The notes: generated by a model not told the origin, from the sequence alone. DNA of 55,000 bases, filler included, from Porpidia crustulata (GCA_964255105.1; 4 parts of 4 records of this genome joined end to end with filler, not necessarily neighbours in it), one strand, 5' to 3'; numbered from the whole stretch's first letter, positions 1 to 13,685 are shown. Made by a program: numbers and translations.

Positions 1-114
1 GTTACCTCCCTCTTTCTCCCTCCAAACCCCCTTCTTAGTGCGCGTCCACAACGCCCTCCCGAAACGAATCAAAGAAGCAGAACCGAGGCTAACCCCAATC
101 AACGCGAACCGCAG

Positions 115-548
115 TCGACTTTGACAGTTTCCAAAAAGTCCTCAACCGACCCGGCGGCTTCCGCGAGCCCGGTGAGCCCGAGGAATATTGCCGCGGATTC
201 CAGGTGTTCGACAAGGATATGACGGGGTTCATCGGGGTAGGACAATTACGATATAGTAAGTGTTTTGCCACCCCCATTTCCTGTAGCCCACCTCTTGTCC
301 TACAGGGGCGGGGAAGAGGGAAATTGGAGCATCAAGAAACTGGGAGCTGACATAACGCGCCACTGCAGTCCTGACGAACCTGGGGGAAAAGATGAGCGAT
401 GACGAGGTCGACGAGTTGCTGAAAGCCGTGGACACGAGTAGCGGGGAGATCAATTATACCGGTATTCTTATACCTCCTCGTTGTCTCACACAATGTCAAC
501 TAACGCGCTCAACCCACAGATCTCGTGCGGACAATTCTGGCCAATTGA
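115..548 (+). CDS. cdc4: Myosin light chain (Cdc4-like EF-hand protein), 3' part; exons 115-255, 369-461, 520-548
   Basis: Spliced translation DFDSFQKVLNRPGGFREPGEPEEYCRGFQVFDKDMTGFIGVGQLRY/ILTNLGEKMSDDEVDELLKAVDTSSGEINYT/DLVRTILAN*; GT-AG introns with CTRAC branch sites; 5' exons lie outside the window. Confidence 0.9.
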
Positions 549-912
549 CGACACTATTTCGACCGCTTTCCTACAGTTTTCACATTGCATACATGCGTTC
601 GCCGGCGTTCACGCGTCGTGGGAAGGGAAAGGCGGAGGCTGTATCATAATCAAAGCCATTATACCGTCAATGGCCGGGTCAGATCAGTATTCTCGTTTTT
701 GCTTTGCTTGACGTGCCCGTGCAGCACATTACGCAACGGGGAACTCTGGCAATAGAATCTATGACACCACAACAGCATCGACCAGAACAGTCCCTCGTGC
801 CCCAGACCCACCATCGAATTATCCTTAACGAAAAAGCGCCGTGGCTCCTCGCTAAAAACCCCCCTTTTCAACATCCAAACCCTCCTCACGTGGCCCTTGC
901 GCGCCGGCAAGC

Positions 913-3473
913 CTACATTGAAATAAGTCGCGTTGGCTGCTCGCTCAGCGGGCCGTTGCGACCCATCGAGATGTGGCTGTCCAGACTAGCGTAATGCAAG
1001 ACGAAATCCGACTGCTCTCACGGTTATTAGATAATGGTTTACATTACAAAATAACATGCACGTTATGCATTGCTTTTACAGAAATACGGTGCCGGGGCTT
1101 ATTGGCTCACCCTTGCGCGCTGCCACGTCTGGTGGTTGAAAAACACGTAGCTGCCCTTTTCCGCCTCAGCACTGATTTGAATGGGTTCGCCGTAGCTTTG
1201 ATCTTTGGTGAGCCACATCATAAGTTCTTTATGGTAGCGCCAGTTGCGGTTGGTCCTTTTGTTTGTTTATTAGCGTTTCCCTTCTTGTCCTTCAGAGGGT
1301 TGAGGAGAGACATTACAGCTCTGTGGCGACTAGTTCTTGCATAACATCTCGGGGCTGGGTGTAGAATATCCAGAATAGCGTCTCATCGGAGAAACCGGGG
1401 ATTTTTTCTCTCACCCTGTGCACGTTGTCCACGGTGTAGCATTCTGGCAATTGGAAATCTGGCTGCATTGGTCTGGACCCCGATTCAGCAAAGGGTCCGG
1501 AGAATGTGTTCCATATGGGTCTTTGTTAGATGAATCAGCACGGCTATCATCATTGGCAGCCTTACTCACTCAGGTGAATTAAGGTTCAACCCTAGCTGAG
1601 TCAAATCCTGGCCAATAGCAAGACTTGCAATATCTGGATTTTCACTTCGGACCGTTGCCAGTAAGCCAGGAAGGCCATATTTCTCGAGTGCACTCATTTG
1701 ATTTAGTGGTGTTTGCTCGGGTGTATGTGCTGTACCAGGAGATTCTGCTAGTCTACCATTGTAGCCTTGTTGTAACCGCAAAGGCTGTTGCTGTGCTTGA
1801 GAGGTCTGTAGCTGAGGTGTTGGCTGAGGATCGTGGAAATTAGAAAGTAATGAGCCGATGTTGTTACTCAGATTATGATTCAGTCGAGCTGGAGTCTGAC
1901 TCTGCCTTGGCTTTCAGTGTTATTCTATGCGATTACTGGCGATTATACTTGCCGCTTTATCAAAATCCGAATTGGTTATTGGACCTTGCCTGACTGATTC
2001 GGCTGGCGATCGAGCAGACGAGGTGGCTGAGTTCAGCTCGTCAGCTAGGATGCTTCGAGGGACAAGTGACCCTGTACGTGCCTCCAAAACCAAGAGTACC
2101 AGGCGTAAGAATTCTGTCAACCAAAACAGACGATCGATTACTGTCTCCGATGTTGCTAGGAGCGTTCGGCAATCCATGACGAGTCGGGGCAGAATTTTGC
2201 AGCACCGAGAAGGCATCAGCGTTGGAAAATCCCCCAAACGCAGCATTTTGCATCAAACTACCCCGACGGTCTTGCTCGGCCTCCTCATTGCCATTCCTAC
2301 CGAGTGGAGGAAATTCCTCAACGTTCCCAGTCTGAGGCTGGCTGGTACCAGAAAGCTGCCCCACTCCACCTTGACCACCATGTCGATAATCATCTATACC
2401 ACTGGGAAATTGAGATGTGGTTGAGAATAGCTCTTCTGTGTTCTGTTGTGAAGGGTCTTGTGTCTGCTGATGTTGCGAGTGTATTTGAGGGGTCTGCGGG
2501 ATTGTGTTCTGCTGTTGCTGAGGACGTTGTACAGGTGTATGTTGCACGGCACGTTGATTTGCATTAGCCCAAACTGCTTGGCCTGGATTTTGATATTGTG
2601 GCTGAGGTGCGCCAGACAGCGAGGGAAATTCACTATGTTCGGTCAATTAGCACCAATCCATGTTACCAAATTACTCTCAAACGGTATGCACATCTTATGC
2701 TGTCGGATTTCGTTCAATGAACTTACGATAGATCAAGAGGTGTAGCAGGTTGTGAATTACCAATCGTCTGTGCGAAACTAGTATTGGGCGCACCACTCTG
2801 CCTCGACTGAGAGTTTTGAAGTCCTGGCGCCCCATTAACTGTAGCTCCGAACCCCCAGCTTGTTCCATTTCCTTGTTCTCTAGTCAGTCTCGTCTAGTCC
2901 CAGACAAGCAAGCGTTATGGACTCTGTACCAAGTTTGGTAGTTTGCAGTCGTCCAGCACCCAGCGATGAATTTTGATTTGGAGTAACGCGTTGACCTGGG
3001 AATCCAGGGAAGGCTCGCAATGGCTGTGGAGCAGGACCTACTTCACAAGATGAGTGATCAGCCATTGTCCCGATTATATACCTGACAATATTCCAGCATA
3101 TCTTATTCAAGATGGCAAGCTTATGGCCTCATCAGGCAGGGGCTTCTGGTTTAGAGGCACATCATCACCTGCTGCAGGTCGTATAGGATTTTCGGCTGCC
3201 TGCTTTGATTCTTGATTTTTGTTCAAGCCATTATCCACTGACAAAAGTTCTTTAGTCGAAGTTAAGAGTCTCGCAGGACGACCGGAATCTGAGACAAATA
3301 TTTGAGGAACCGGAGATCTTAGTATCGTACTGTTCTCTTTCTTTAGACCATCCAGCGAATTTTGTAGCAGCTCTCGTGCGGAGCCCATTATAGCTTTAAG
3401 TGTATAGAAAGGGTGCATCGAGGGATAAACGATTGACATATAATTATTAGAGGAGCTTACCTGTTCGATTCAT
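913..3473 (-). CDS. NOT2: CCR4-NOT complex subunit NOT2 (multi-exon)
   Basis: Start MNRTG/PAPQPLRAFPGF; NOT-box segments KYGLPGLLA...LAIGQDLTQLGLNLNSPE, FSDETLFWIFYTQPRDVMQ and RNWRYHKELMMWLTKD; stop TAG at 913-915; internal exon boundaries approximate. Confidence 0.88.
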
Positions 3474-3725
3474 GTCTGCTTCAGATGGCTAATATGGGAT
3501 AAGTAAGTCGAGCTTTCCAGCTTATAAAAATGTTTTGGCAAGAGTTACTACTTGTGTCACGGTCGCTGTCTACTACGTAGTACATGCGAGGTCTACAAAA
3601 TCTTCACTAAAAGCGGGAGCGGCTACACATGGTGGCCCGAGCTTTGAGCCTCATCGGCCGAGAGCGCCTGCCTCGATCTTCTTCCGAAATCTTGTGAGAC
3701 ATTGTTTTTGTTCGTCGTCAACATT

Positions 3726-4655
3726 ATGTCACAATCTTTGAAGACAAGACCAAGCTTGATGCTATGGCCATTGGCCTGGAAGCCGAGTCGTCTACCCCCA
3801 ACATTCCTCGCGCCTTCGCTAGAAGCCAGTCCTTGGCAACGATCACGATTCTCCTCGTCTTCTCCGGCATGGCAACGAACGAAGCGTGATAATAATCCCA
3901 ACCGAGGCGTATCTGCACTGCGTAGAACTGGTCTCAGATATCCTGTTGGCATGTCAAAAGAGCCGTTGCCGGAGCCCGTACTAGATCCGGCAAAGCGTTC
4001 AAAGATTATAGCTGACGAGAACCATGGGCTCTGGGGTTTCTTCAATGCAGATAGGAAGCCTTACAGCACTGCACAAGAGTACGGCTCTCATGGTAAGTCG
4101 ATGTTGCTCCTTGAGCCGCAGGCGCAAAGCTTACAGTAATGAATTCAAGGACGACCGTGGGCTGTTCAAGAGCTGCGTAATAAATCATGGGAAGACCTCC
4201 ATTCTCTGTGGTGGATCTGCTGCAAGGAACGGAACCGGATTGCGACAGAGCTATTTGAGTCGAAAAGGGTACAAGCAGGTAGCGACGCGGAGGCCAAATC
4301 CAGAGACAAGACTGTGGGTTATACCTTTAATATTTATATCTGCCCCAAGAGTAAGTCTTGAGCTTATCATGAATCTTAAGATTCGACGGACAATGCGAGC
4401 CATCAAGCACACACTCACGGAGAGATGGTATGCGTGGGAAGAAGCCCGGCGAGCAGCCGTGAACGACCCAGAAGTACATTTGGATGCGTTGCAGAGGGAT
4501 GTTCGAGCATACACACCCGAGATCTTAGAGGTATGTGGATAGTATGAATGATTCTTTGGAGTATTCCTTATATTTTGCAGGAAGAGGCTTCGGAAAACGA
4601 GGCAGAGGAGCAAGAACAGCAGCCTAAATTGGTGGCGACCGCCGCAGCATCGTAA
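3726..4655 (+). CDS. MRPL4: Mitochondrial ribosomal protein uL29m (MRP-L47 family), 3 introns
   Basis: Basic presequence; NPNRGVSALRRTG, HGLWGFF, GRPWAVQELRNKSWEDLHSLWW and MRAIKHTLTERWYAW motifs; last exon 4581-4655. Confidence 0.9.
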
Positions 4656-5456
4656 CGAGCCCTTTAATTGGAATTTCACCCTTCGCACTCGAGCTACCGA
4701 GCGCTTGAGGAAGCCTGTTGATAGTGAAGTTGAGTGGACATCCATGGTGGAGGGAATCCTCCTCGCATTTCTGATATGCACTATGGGCCATCTTGAGTGC
4801 TTCAACACTTCGTAGCTCCGGTGTTTGAAATCACAGAGGTCTTGCACACATTCGCTTTTGACAAACTATGTCGTTGTTCTAGCATATCAACAATATAGCT
4901 CCAAGTCAAGGGTCCCATTCGTCAAGCAAACACTTGCCGTCAGTTTTTAAAGTACATCGTTTCTAGATCAATGGATCAAGCTGATCTTGAAGAGAAATCT
5001 ACCATTGTACTCGTCTCATCTTTTGTGGTCTCGATCCCTCTTAGATATCTATTATTACAATGGTAATCGTTGAAAATGCATACGAGGGGGGAGAAGAAAG
5101 TAGTGCGTCTACGTTGCCTATAGATATGGGTTTCCTATCATTGTTCTCTAGAAATGAATTAGAATCGGAAGCATATCATGAGCGAGGACTATTAAATATT
5201 TAATCACCAAAATAAACACGCGATCTAGGCAGGGCCAGATCTCGGGCCGCCCCAACGCGCCCACCAACAAGGGTGCCCTAGACATTCGTCATACTCTACC
5301 GTGACGAGTACACAAGGTAGATTGACTTATACACTTGATCGGAGAGCAGATACTTGGCTTCAACATAAACATAGAATCTGAGAAACCTGGAGCTCTCAGC
5401 TGATTAGCCGCACAATTTAAACTTAATTTAACCTGCTCGGATTATCTTTTATTACG

Positions 5457-7221
5457 ATGGACGAGATCGCGCCTGAATACGATGTCGTAATACTGGGAAC
5501 AGGTAATCAATAGCAACAATACGCCTCTGTGGAAGCTAACACTCATTCAGGCTTGACCGAATGTGTCTTGTCCGGGTATGGGTCTCCAATGATTGTGGGA
5601 TTTGAATTATCTCATGCTGAGAAATGCTGTCTAGTGTTATGAGTGTCAAGGGCAAAAAGGTACTCCATATTGACCGAAATGACCACTATGGAGGGTTTGT
5701 ACTGTTGTGCGCTTGTAATCTGAAAGCCTTGACTGAAAGCTTCTAGTGAAGCGGCATCGATCAATATTGAATCTGTACGCTCCCTTTGGACGCATCGACA
5801 TTAGATGCGCTGACAAGCATTAGCTTTTCAAGAAACATGGCAACTATACCAAAGGGGAAGAACCTTGGAAGAAGTATGGTCGGGCGAATGACTGGAACAT
5901 TGATCTGGTGCCTAAGCTCTTGATGTCGAACGGCGAGTTGACAAACATCCTGGTTTCGACAGACGTTACACGATATCTTGAGTTCAAGCAAATAGCAGGC
6001 AGTTACGTACAGCAAGGAAATGGCATCAAGGCTACAGTAGCAAAGGTCCCGTCGGATGCGGGTGAAGCATTGCGGTCGCCGCTAATGGGACTTTTCGAGA
6101 AGAGGCGAGCAAAGAGGTTCCTGGAGTGGGTAGGGGCGTTCAAAGAAGATGACCCAGCAAGTTATGGAGGTAAGATACTGGCGTAACGCAGGTACATCCT
6201 AATACCTAACCTACAATCAAGGACTCAATCTCAATCAATGCTCAATGAAAGAGGTCTACGATAAGTACGGACTCGAACCCTCTACTCGCGACTTTATCGG
6301 CCACTCAATGGCTTTGTACCAAACGGACGAATACATCAATCAAAAAGGAGCCGCCAAAGAGACTGTACAAAGGATAAGGTTGTATGTCAACTCAATGGCT
6401 AGATACGGGAAATCGCCATACATCTATCCACTGTATGGCCTTGGTGAGTTGCCCCAAGGCTTTGCTCGCCTATCAGCAATCTATGGGGGTACCTACATGC
6501 TTAATACCAATATTGATGAACTCCTCTACGATGGAAACAAGGTATCGGGCATCAAAGCGACAATGCGGGAGAGGGGTGATGAGAGCGAAGGTATGAAGTT
6601 CACGACGAGGACGAAGAAGATACTCGGAGACCCTTCGTATTTCCCTGGGAAGGTTCAGGTCGCTGCCCACCTGTTGAAGGCGATATGTATCTTGACACAC
6701 CCAGTCCCAAATACAGATAACAGCGACTCTGCTCAACTGATAATCCCCCAATCACAAGTTGGGCGGAAAAATGGTATTCTTATTTCCCTTTTCACACCAT
6801 TTCCGGCTAACTGCCACAGACATCTATATTGCAATCGTATCCTCTGCCCACAACGTGTGTCCGAAAGGATATTATATCGCCATTGTTTCCACGATTGCGG
6901 AAAATTCGAGTAACCACCATCTTGAGCTCCAGCCTGGTTTCGAGAGGTTGGGGAAGATCGAGGAGAAGTTCATGGGTGCACCAATACCACTCTACGAACC
7001 TCTAGAAAGCGGTATGAATGACAATATTTTCATCTCCAAGAGCTATGACGCCACTAGCCACTTTGAAACGACTACCGGTAAAGTTCCACCTATCTTAATC
7101 TCAGTATCCAATTTTAACATCTCATATAGACGACGTGAGAGACATCTTTCGGCGGGCAGAGGGCGAAGAGCTTGTTGTAGAGGGACTACGGGAAGGTACC
7201 AACCTGGTCGGTCAGGAATGA
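5457..7221 (+). CDS. gdi1: Rab GDP-dissociation inhibitor (multi-exon, short 5' exons)
   Basis: MDEIAPEYDVVILGTGLTECVLSG, HIDRNDHYGG, DWNIDLVPKLLM, KSPYIYPLYGLGELPQGFARLSAIYGGTYML, SYDATSHFETT. Confidence 0.96.
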
Positions 7222-8151
7222 AATGCAGTATGTTCTACGAGTCTATGAATCAAACATTTCCTCTTCGCAAATACATAGCTACAGCGCTCGGTCTTTGTGG
7301 CATCGATTTGGTTGGAGATTGGTATTCCCCATTCGAGACACCTTGGTTAGAGGGAAAGCTTTGACTTCTCAAGGTAGAACTTTGTCGAGTAATTTGGCAA
7401 TCAGACTCACCTTAGTGGTCCACGTCCGACACCTCAGTATTATTTATTTCATCCTCACCACTAGGTAGTAAGAATGATTCTTCCGTCGTAGTGGCAAGCT
7501 TCCAATGTCCCACCCACCATAATTTACTAATAAACTATTGAAGCAGATCCTAAAGGTCAGATAATCTCTCAAGTTAATTGCTTTGGAAGAGCATCTACTT
7601 ATTTTCCCTTGGTCTGACGCATTTAGCCACTGACAGACCGAGTCCACTAACATGCTTGCATGCTCGCTTTCGGATGCTTCGTTCGAAGAGTGACGGCTTG
7701 CTCAACTTACAAATCCCATAGTGAATCAGCACCGAAAGCTTGAGAATTAGTTCTCATCCTCCAGATCTCTTCTTCTCTGATAAAGCTGTTAGACTTGCAG
7801 AGCTCTAGATTTCCTACAAGTTATCGTATGTTCCATACTACAATTATTGCCCATCTTCTCCTACTTCACCACTGCAGAACTCGAAAAGGCGACCGTACCA
7901 AGCAAGTTCGTTAGTTTCGTTTTGTCTTCATTCACCTTCAACCCTTTGGGAAGGGTATAGTCGTTTCAATGATATTCTTTCTCTGAGACAGGTAATTAGC
8001 TACCGTAAGTATGGACAAGCTGAGGAAGAGACTTACCCATTAAGTTCACCGGAGCTCACTTTAATTTATTTACAGAAAAGCTCAAAAAATCAGAAGCAAT
8101 CTTAAGGCTATCTAAAAATACGAATCGGCGTTTGCTCAGCATCTGCCAAAC

Positions 8152-9071
8152 ATGGGAGGTCGTACAGAGAAGAAGCCAGCCGTGGCCGGATCTAACAAGA
8201 GAAAGCGAGTCATTGTGGAGCTTGCGGAGACGAAGGCAGCCGTGGCCGGGTCCAACGAGAGAAAGCCAATCATTGTGGAGACTACAGAGGAAAAGGCGGT
8301 GACGACCAGTCTACCGGAGAAGGAGGAGCCTGCTGTGGTCGCTGCACCCGCAAAGCCGGTCAAATTTCCCACCACCTTCTCTAGGTATGGAGCGCTCATC
8401 ATTAGGTGAATGATCATATACTAAAAGCATTTGTAGTCTGTTGACGAGCAATACTGTTGACCTATACCTGGGACCGAAGCGTAAGCACTATCTTCTGCAT
8501 AGGGACCTCTTTTCTTCGTGCTCGGATTTCTTCAAGCAGACATTCGAAAAGGAACCAAATGTTCCGCTCTACCTCACCAAATTACAATCCTGTCGCATTC
8601 GAGCTATTTATTGATTGGTTGTATCGGGGAAGTATCAAGAAGATTCCTGTCGACCTGGAAACCAGCGCTGGCGTTTCCAATAGGTCTCATATTTTGGATC
8701 TATGCTGTATTGCTGAAGCTTGGGACCTCTTGGACTTGGAAAACTTGGTCACCGATCGAATGCGGACCTGGAAATGGACTCCGAGCTGCTTCAGCGTTGC
8801 GGCGATCCAGAAGATTTACGTCAGTACGCTGGCCAAGTCGCCTCTCCGCCGTATCCTAGTCGACCATTTCTTATATGCCATTGTTAGCTGCGTAGGTGAA
8901 CGACTTACTTCACACATAGAAGTTCATCTAAGGAACGGTAACAATCTTTTTGTGGCGGATTGCTTTGAGGCTACCTATGCCGCGTACGCAAAAACCAAGT
9001 TGCGCGATCCGCAAAAGCGGCCGAAATGTGCTTATCATGTTCACAAAGATGGGAGGTCATGCGACAAATAG
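8152..9071 (+). pseudogene. BTB/POZ-domain protein with an apparent 1-bp insertion frameshift at ~8576 (pseudogene or assembly error)
   Basis: Exon 1 8152-8384, intron 8385-8436, then TVDLYLGPKRKHYLLHRDLFSSCSDFFKQTF (BTB N-half) runs to a stop at 8612-8614; the BTB C-half PNYNPVAFELFIDWLYRG and terminal CAYHVH are in the +1 frame from 8577. Confidence 0.75.
8171..8295 (+). repeat. Two imperfect 60-bp tandem repeats in exon 1 of the BTB gene
   Basis: cagccgtggccggatctaacaagagaaagcgagtcattgtggag vs cagccgtggccgggtccaacgagagaaagccaatcattgtggag, 60 bp apart. Confidence 0.85.
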
Positions 9072-9339
9072 GGGAGTATAGTACGCAGAGCGCGTCAACG
9101 TGCGTTGAGGTTCACGTATGGAGGTGTTTTTCATGCGAGGTTCTACGGGCGTCTTTTGCTTTGGGGCAAGGTAGCTTGCCCGGGGTTGAATGGTGATTCT
9201 TTGACCGTTACTATCATGGGTGTTTGCGAGCCTTCTGGTGAGGCGCTCAGTTTCAATCATTCTTTTGACGTATACTGCGGTTCGATAGCTGTCACGCGAA
9301 CAGAGCACACTTAAATATCAATGCCTGGCTCGAATGATA

Positions 9340-10059
9340 CCCCAACTTTCAGGTTCCTGCCTCGCTTTTTAAATTTTTAGAAAACTTTTTTTTTGAATCG
9401 AAGGGTCAAATCAGCTTTTTACGATACAGTCAACAACGCTTCGTGAAATATCGTTCAAAATCACATAGATTGTAGATCACATGTAGTTTTATCTGTACAC
9501 GCAGTTATATACAGTTCTAGCGTCGTGTTGTTAATGTAATACTGATTTCTGTGATGGGTTAGACCCATTAATTGGATTAGGTACTACGTACTTGCATTCT
9601 CGATACGGAATTCCTTCCGCTCAGAAGCCGATCCCAAAAGGAGGTTTTCGCGACAGAATTCCTTTCCCTCCTTAAGTTATTCTCCTTGTATTATAGGCTT
9701 AGTCTAGTCAATTGATATAGTTCACTACGACTCCTCACAATTTCATGAACTTTGTGATTGTCAAGCTGTGAGCACGCTGTGTAAAAACGAGTCGAGATTT
9801 AATTTGCAGTTCGATTTTGCGACACGCTGTACGCTATACATATCATGAAGTCAGTTATACATCAACGACATGAAGCTAGAATCTCATGTAATTGCGTGTA
9901 CAGATGAAACTACATGTAATCTACAATCTATATCATTTTGAACGATATTCAACAAAGCGTTAATCATTGTATCATGAAAGCTGATTTTGATTCTCTCGAT
10001 CCAAAAAATAAAAAAGTTCTGAAAATTTAAAATGCGAGGCAGGAATCTGAAAGTTGGGG
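9340..10059. mobile_element. Non-autonomous DNA transposon (MITE), 720 bp, ~215-bp imperfect TIRs, TA target-site duplication (Tc1/mariner-type)
   Basis: Left end CCCCAACTTTCAGGTTCCTGCCTCGC... matches the reverse complement of the right end ...GCGAGGCAGGAATCTGAAAGTTGGGG; similarity continues through TGTAGATCACATGTAGTTTTATCTGTACACGCA; TA at 9338-9339 and 10060-10061; AT-rich, no ORF. Confidence 0.88.
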
Positions 10060-10223
10060 TATACTTATGAACCAGTTACGTGCTAGTATAGAAAACATGA
10101 GGGGTGATAGGGCTGAATATCATCAGCGCTCACCGCAACACGGAACGGTTCCGCTATAGGTCTATGTCAACAAACACGGCGCGTTACAAAATCCTACCTT
10201 AACTTCCAGCAACTGCCGCCAAC

Positions 10224-13200
10224 ATGAGGGTTGTGGAGATCGTGATCGATGGCTTTAAATCGTATGCTGTCCGAACCGTGATTAGTGGCTGGGATGAGAC
10301 CTTCAATTCAATCACAGGACTTAATGGGAGTGGAAAATCCAATATCCTAGATGCGATATGTTTTTGCTTGGGAATTACGAGTATGAGTACTGTGCGGGCG
10401 CAGAACATTCAGGTATACGGTTTTCAGTAGGTATGCACTCCATAAGTATGCTGACCGCAATCTATTCCGTAGGATTTGATATACAAGCACGGCCAAGCAG
10501 GCGTAACCAAGGCCAGTGTGACCATTGTCTTTGACAATCGTGACAAGAAAAAATCGCCCATTGGATTTGAGGAATATGCCCAGATATCGGTTACGAGACA
10601 GATTGTGCTAGGCGGCACAAGCAAATACCTCATCAATGGCCACCGTGCGCAACAGCAAACGGTTCAGAACCTCTTCCAGTCTGTGCAACTTAACATTAAC
10701 AACCCAAACTTCCTGATTATGCAAGGACGCATTACCAAAGTATTAAATATGAAACCGGTTGAGATACTGGCTATGATCGAGGAAGCGGCCGGAACTCGTA
10801 TGTTCGAGGATCGGAGGGATAAAGCATTCAAGACTATGGCGAAGAAGGAGATGAAGGTACAAGAGCTCGCAGAACTGTTGAAAGAAGAGATCGAGCCAAA
10901 ATTAGAAAAGCTACGGACCGAAAAACGGGCGTTTCTAGATTTCCAGCAGACACAAAGTGACTTAGAGAGATTGAAAAGGCTAGTGGTTGCGCATGACTAT
11001 TTGAAGAATAAGGAGAAACTTAAGCAATCGGCCAGCGATCTAGATTCGAAGAAGAGGAGAGCGACAGGTCTGGAAGAGTCCGCGAAGAGACTTAAAAGCG
11101 AAATCGCACACCTAGAGGATGATATGAAGAAGGTTAAAGCTGCAAAAGAGAAAGAGCTGCGGAAAGGAGGGAGATTTCAAGCTTTGGAAGAAGAGGTCAA
11201 GGCCCATTCGGAAGAGCTTATCCGCTTGGAGACAGTTTCCGATCTCAAGAATGCGAGCATGTTAGAAGAGAAGGAACGGAGGAAGGGCGCGCAAAGGTCG
11301 GTCAAAGAATTGGAGGCCCAAGTCCTACAAAAGAGCAAGATCCACGAGAAATTACAGGTACAGTATGATACGGCCAAGTCTGATATGGACAGACAGACAG
11401 CCGAAGTTGAACAGAAGGAAGAATTGCTGCAGACGTTACAGACTGGCGTCGCCTCAAAAGAAGGCCAGGAGAATGGATATCAAGGGCAATTGCAAGACGC
11501 GCGCAACCGAGTCAGCACGGCAGCTACCGAGCAAGAGCAAGCCAAGCTCAAGATTTCACACCTAGAAAAACGTATCAGAGAGGACGAACCTCGGGCCAAG
11601 AAAGCAAAGGAGCAGAATTCTGGTCTACTCAAGGATTTAGAGGGTCTCCGAGCTCAGGCCAAGAAGCTTGAGTCAGAGTTAGGCAAGCTTGGTTTCGAGC
11701 ATGGCAAGGAAGAGTCAATGTACCAGCAAGAGGCATCGCTTCAGAAGCAAGTGAGGATATTGCAGGAACAAGCTGATACGATGAAACGAAAAATTGCAAA
11801 CATTGATTTCAGCTATAACGATCCATCACCAAGCTTCGATCGATCGAAGGTGAAAGGTCTGGTAGCTCAGCTCTTTACCTTGAACAAAGAGAAAGCACAA
11901 GCTGGGACAGCACTCGAGATCTGTGCCGGAGGTCGTTTATACAATGTAGTCGTTGATTCGGCAGAAACTGGAACACAGTTACTGCAAAACGGGAAGCTGA
12001 AGAAGAGAGTAACTATCATTCCTCTGAACAAGATTTCCGCCTTCCGAGCATCTACGGAGAAGATAGGTGCGGCCCAAAACCTTGCTCCCGGAAAAGTTGA
12101 TCTCGCTTTATCCCTGATAGGCTACGATGACGAGGTCTCCGCGGCGATGGAATATGTGTTTGGATCCACTCTCATTTGCGAAGATGCAGAGACAGCAAAG
12201 CGTGTAACCTTTGACCCTGCAGTACGCATGAAGAGTGTGACGCTCGAAGGCGATGTGTACGATCCCTCCGGAACATTGTCTGGTGGTAGCTCGCCAAACT
12301 CCAGTGGGGTCCTTGTGGTTTTGCAAAAGCTTAATGAAATCGCAAAGGAGACGACTTTGCAGGAGGCTAAGTTGAGTGAGTTGCAGGCTTCCATGGCAAA
12401 GGAGAAAAAGAAGCTAGACGCCGCCCGGAAAACAAAACAAGGGCTGGATCTCAAGTTGCATGAGATCAAGCTGACAGAGGAACAGATAAACGGCAATTCA
12501 TCATCATCGGTTAGTCTCTATATAGTCACTCTGAGTCTGTTGCTAACACTTAATTAGATTATACAAGCAGTTGAAGAAATGAAGGCCAATATCGAGCGGC
12601 TCAAAGAAGACATATCCAACGCCAAGATACGGCATAGCGAAGCTTCGAAAGACATCAAAAGGATCGAAAAGGACATTAGTGACTTCAGCGACAACAAGGA
12701 CGACAAATTGGCTGAACTACAATTATCAGTAGAGAAGCTGAAGAAGAGCCATACTAAAAACTCGACTGCTGTCAAGACTCTGCAGAAGGAGTTGCAAGCT
12801 GCGAGGCTGGAGGCTGAGCAGGCGGGTGCAGATTTGGGAGCAGCCCAAGAACAACTTGTCGAGATTGACACTACATTAAAGATGCAAGAGACCGAGATCC
12901 ACTCTCTACAGCAGGAGCAAAAACAATTCAAGGTACATCGACAATCCATGAAGATATGAATAGCTCCTAACCTTGTAATAGGATGCTTGCGACATAGCAC
13001 AAGCCCGTCTTGATGACGAGCGAACCAAACTTACCGGTTTCGACGAGGAGCTTCGGTCGTTGGAAGATGCTTCTAGATCAAAAGCCTCCCGTACAACCGA
13101 AGAGGCCCTGGAGATGCAAAACCTCGCTCACCAGATCGAAAAACTTCACAAAGAACGGCAAGGTGCTGGACAGATGCTGGCTCAGATGGAAAAAGAACAC

Positions 13201-13657
13201 GAGTGGATCACCGACGAGAAGGAAAGTTTTGGCCGAGCCAACAACGCCTACGACCTCAAAGGCCAAAACATCGCAGAATGCAAATCATCATTGCGAAACC
13301 TAACGGAGCGCTTCCAAGGCATGAAGAAGAAGATCAACCCCAAAGTTATGAACATGATCGACAGTGTCGAGAAGAAGGAGGCGGCGCTGAAGAACATGAT
13401 GAAGACCGTGATCCGGGACAAACGAAAGATCGAGGAGACCATTGTCACCCTCGACGAATACAAGAAAGAAGCGCTTCACAAGACATGGACCAAGGTAAAC
13501 GGCGATTTCGGCCAGATCTTCGCAGAACTCCTGCCCGGCAGCTTCGCCAAACTCGACCCGCCCGAAGGCAAACAGATTTCGGACGGCCTCGAGGTCAAAG
13601 TCAGCCTGGGTAAAATCTGGAAACAATCTCTCAACGAACTCTCCGGCGGTCAACGGT
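10224..13657 (+). CDS. smc2: Condensin subunit SMC2 (3' end cut by gap)
   Basis: Walker [41 protein letters not shown], hinge [18 protein letters not shown], signature ELSGGQR followed by an intron donor before the gap. Confidence 0.97.
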
Positions 13658-13685
13658 AAGTAACTCCCTCATCCCCCTCGCTCTC

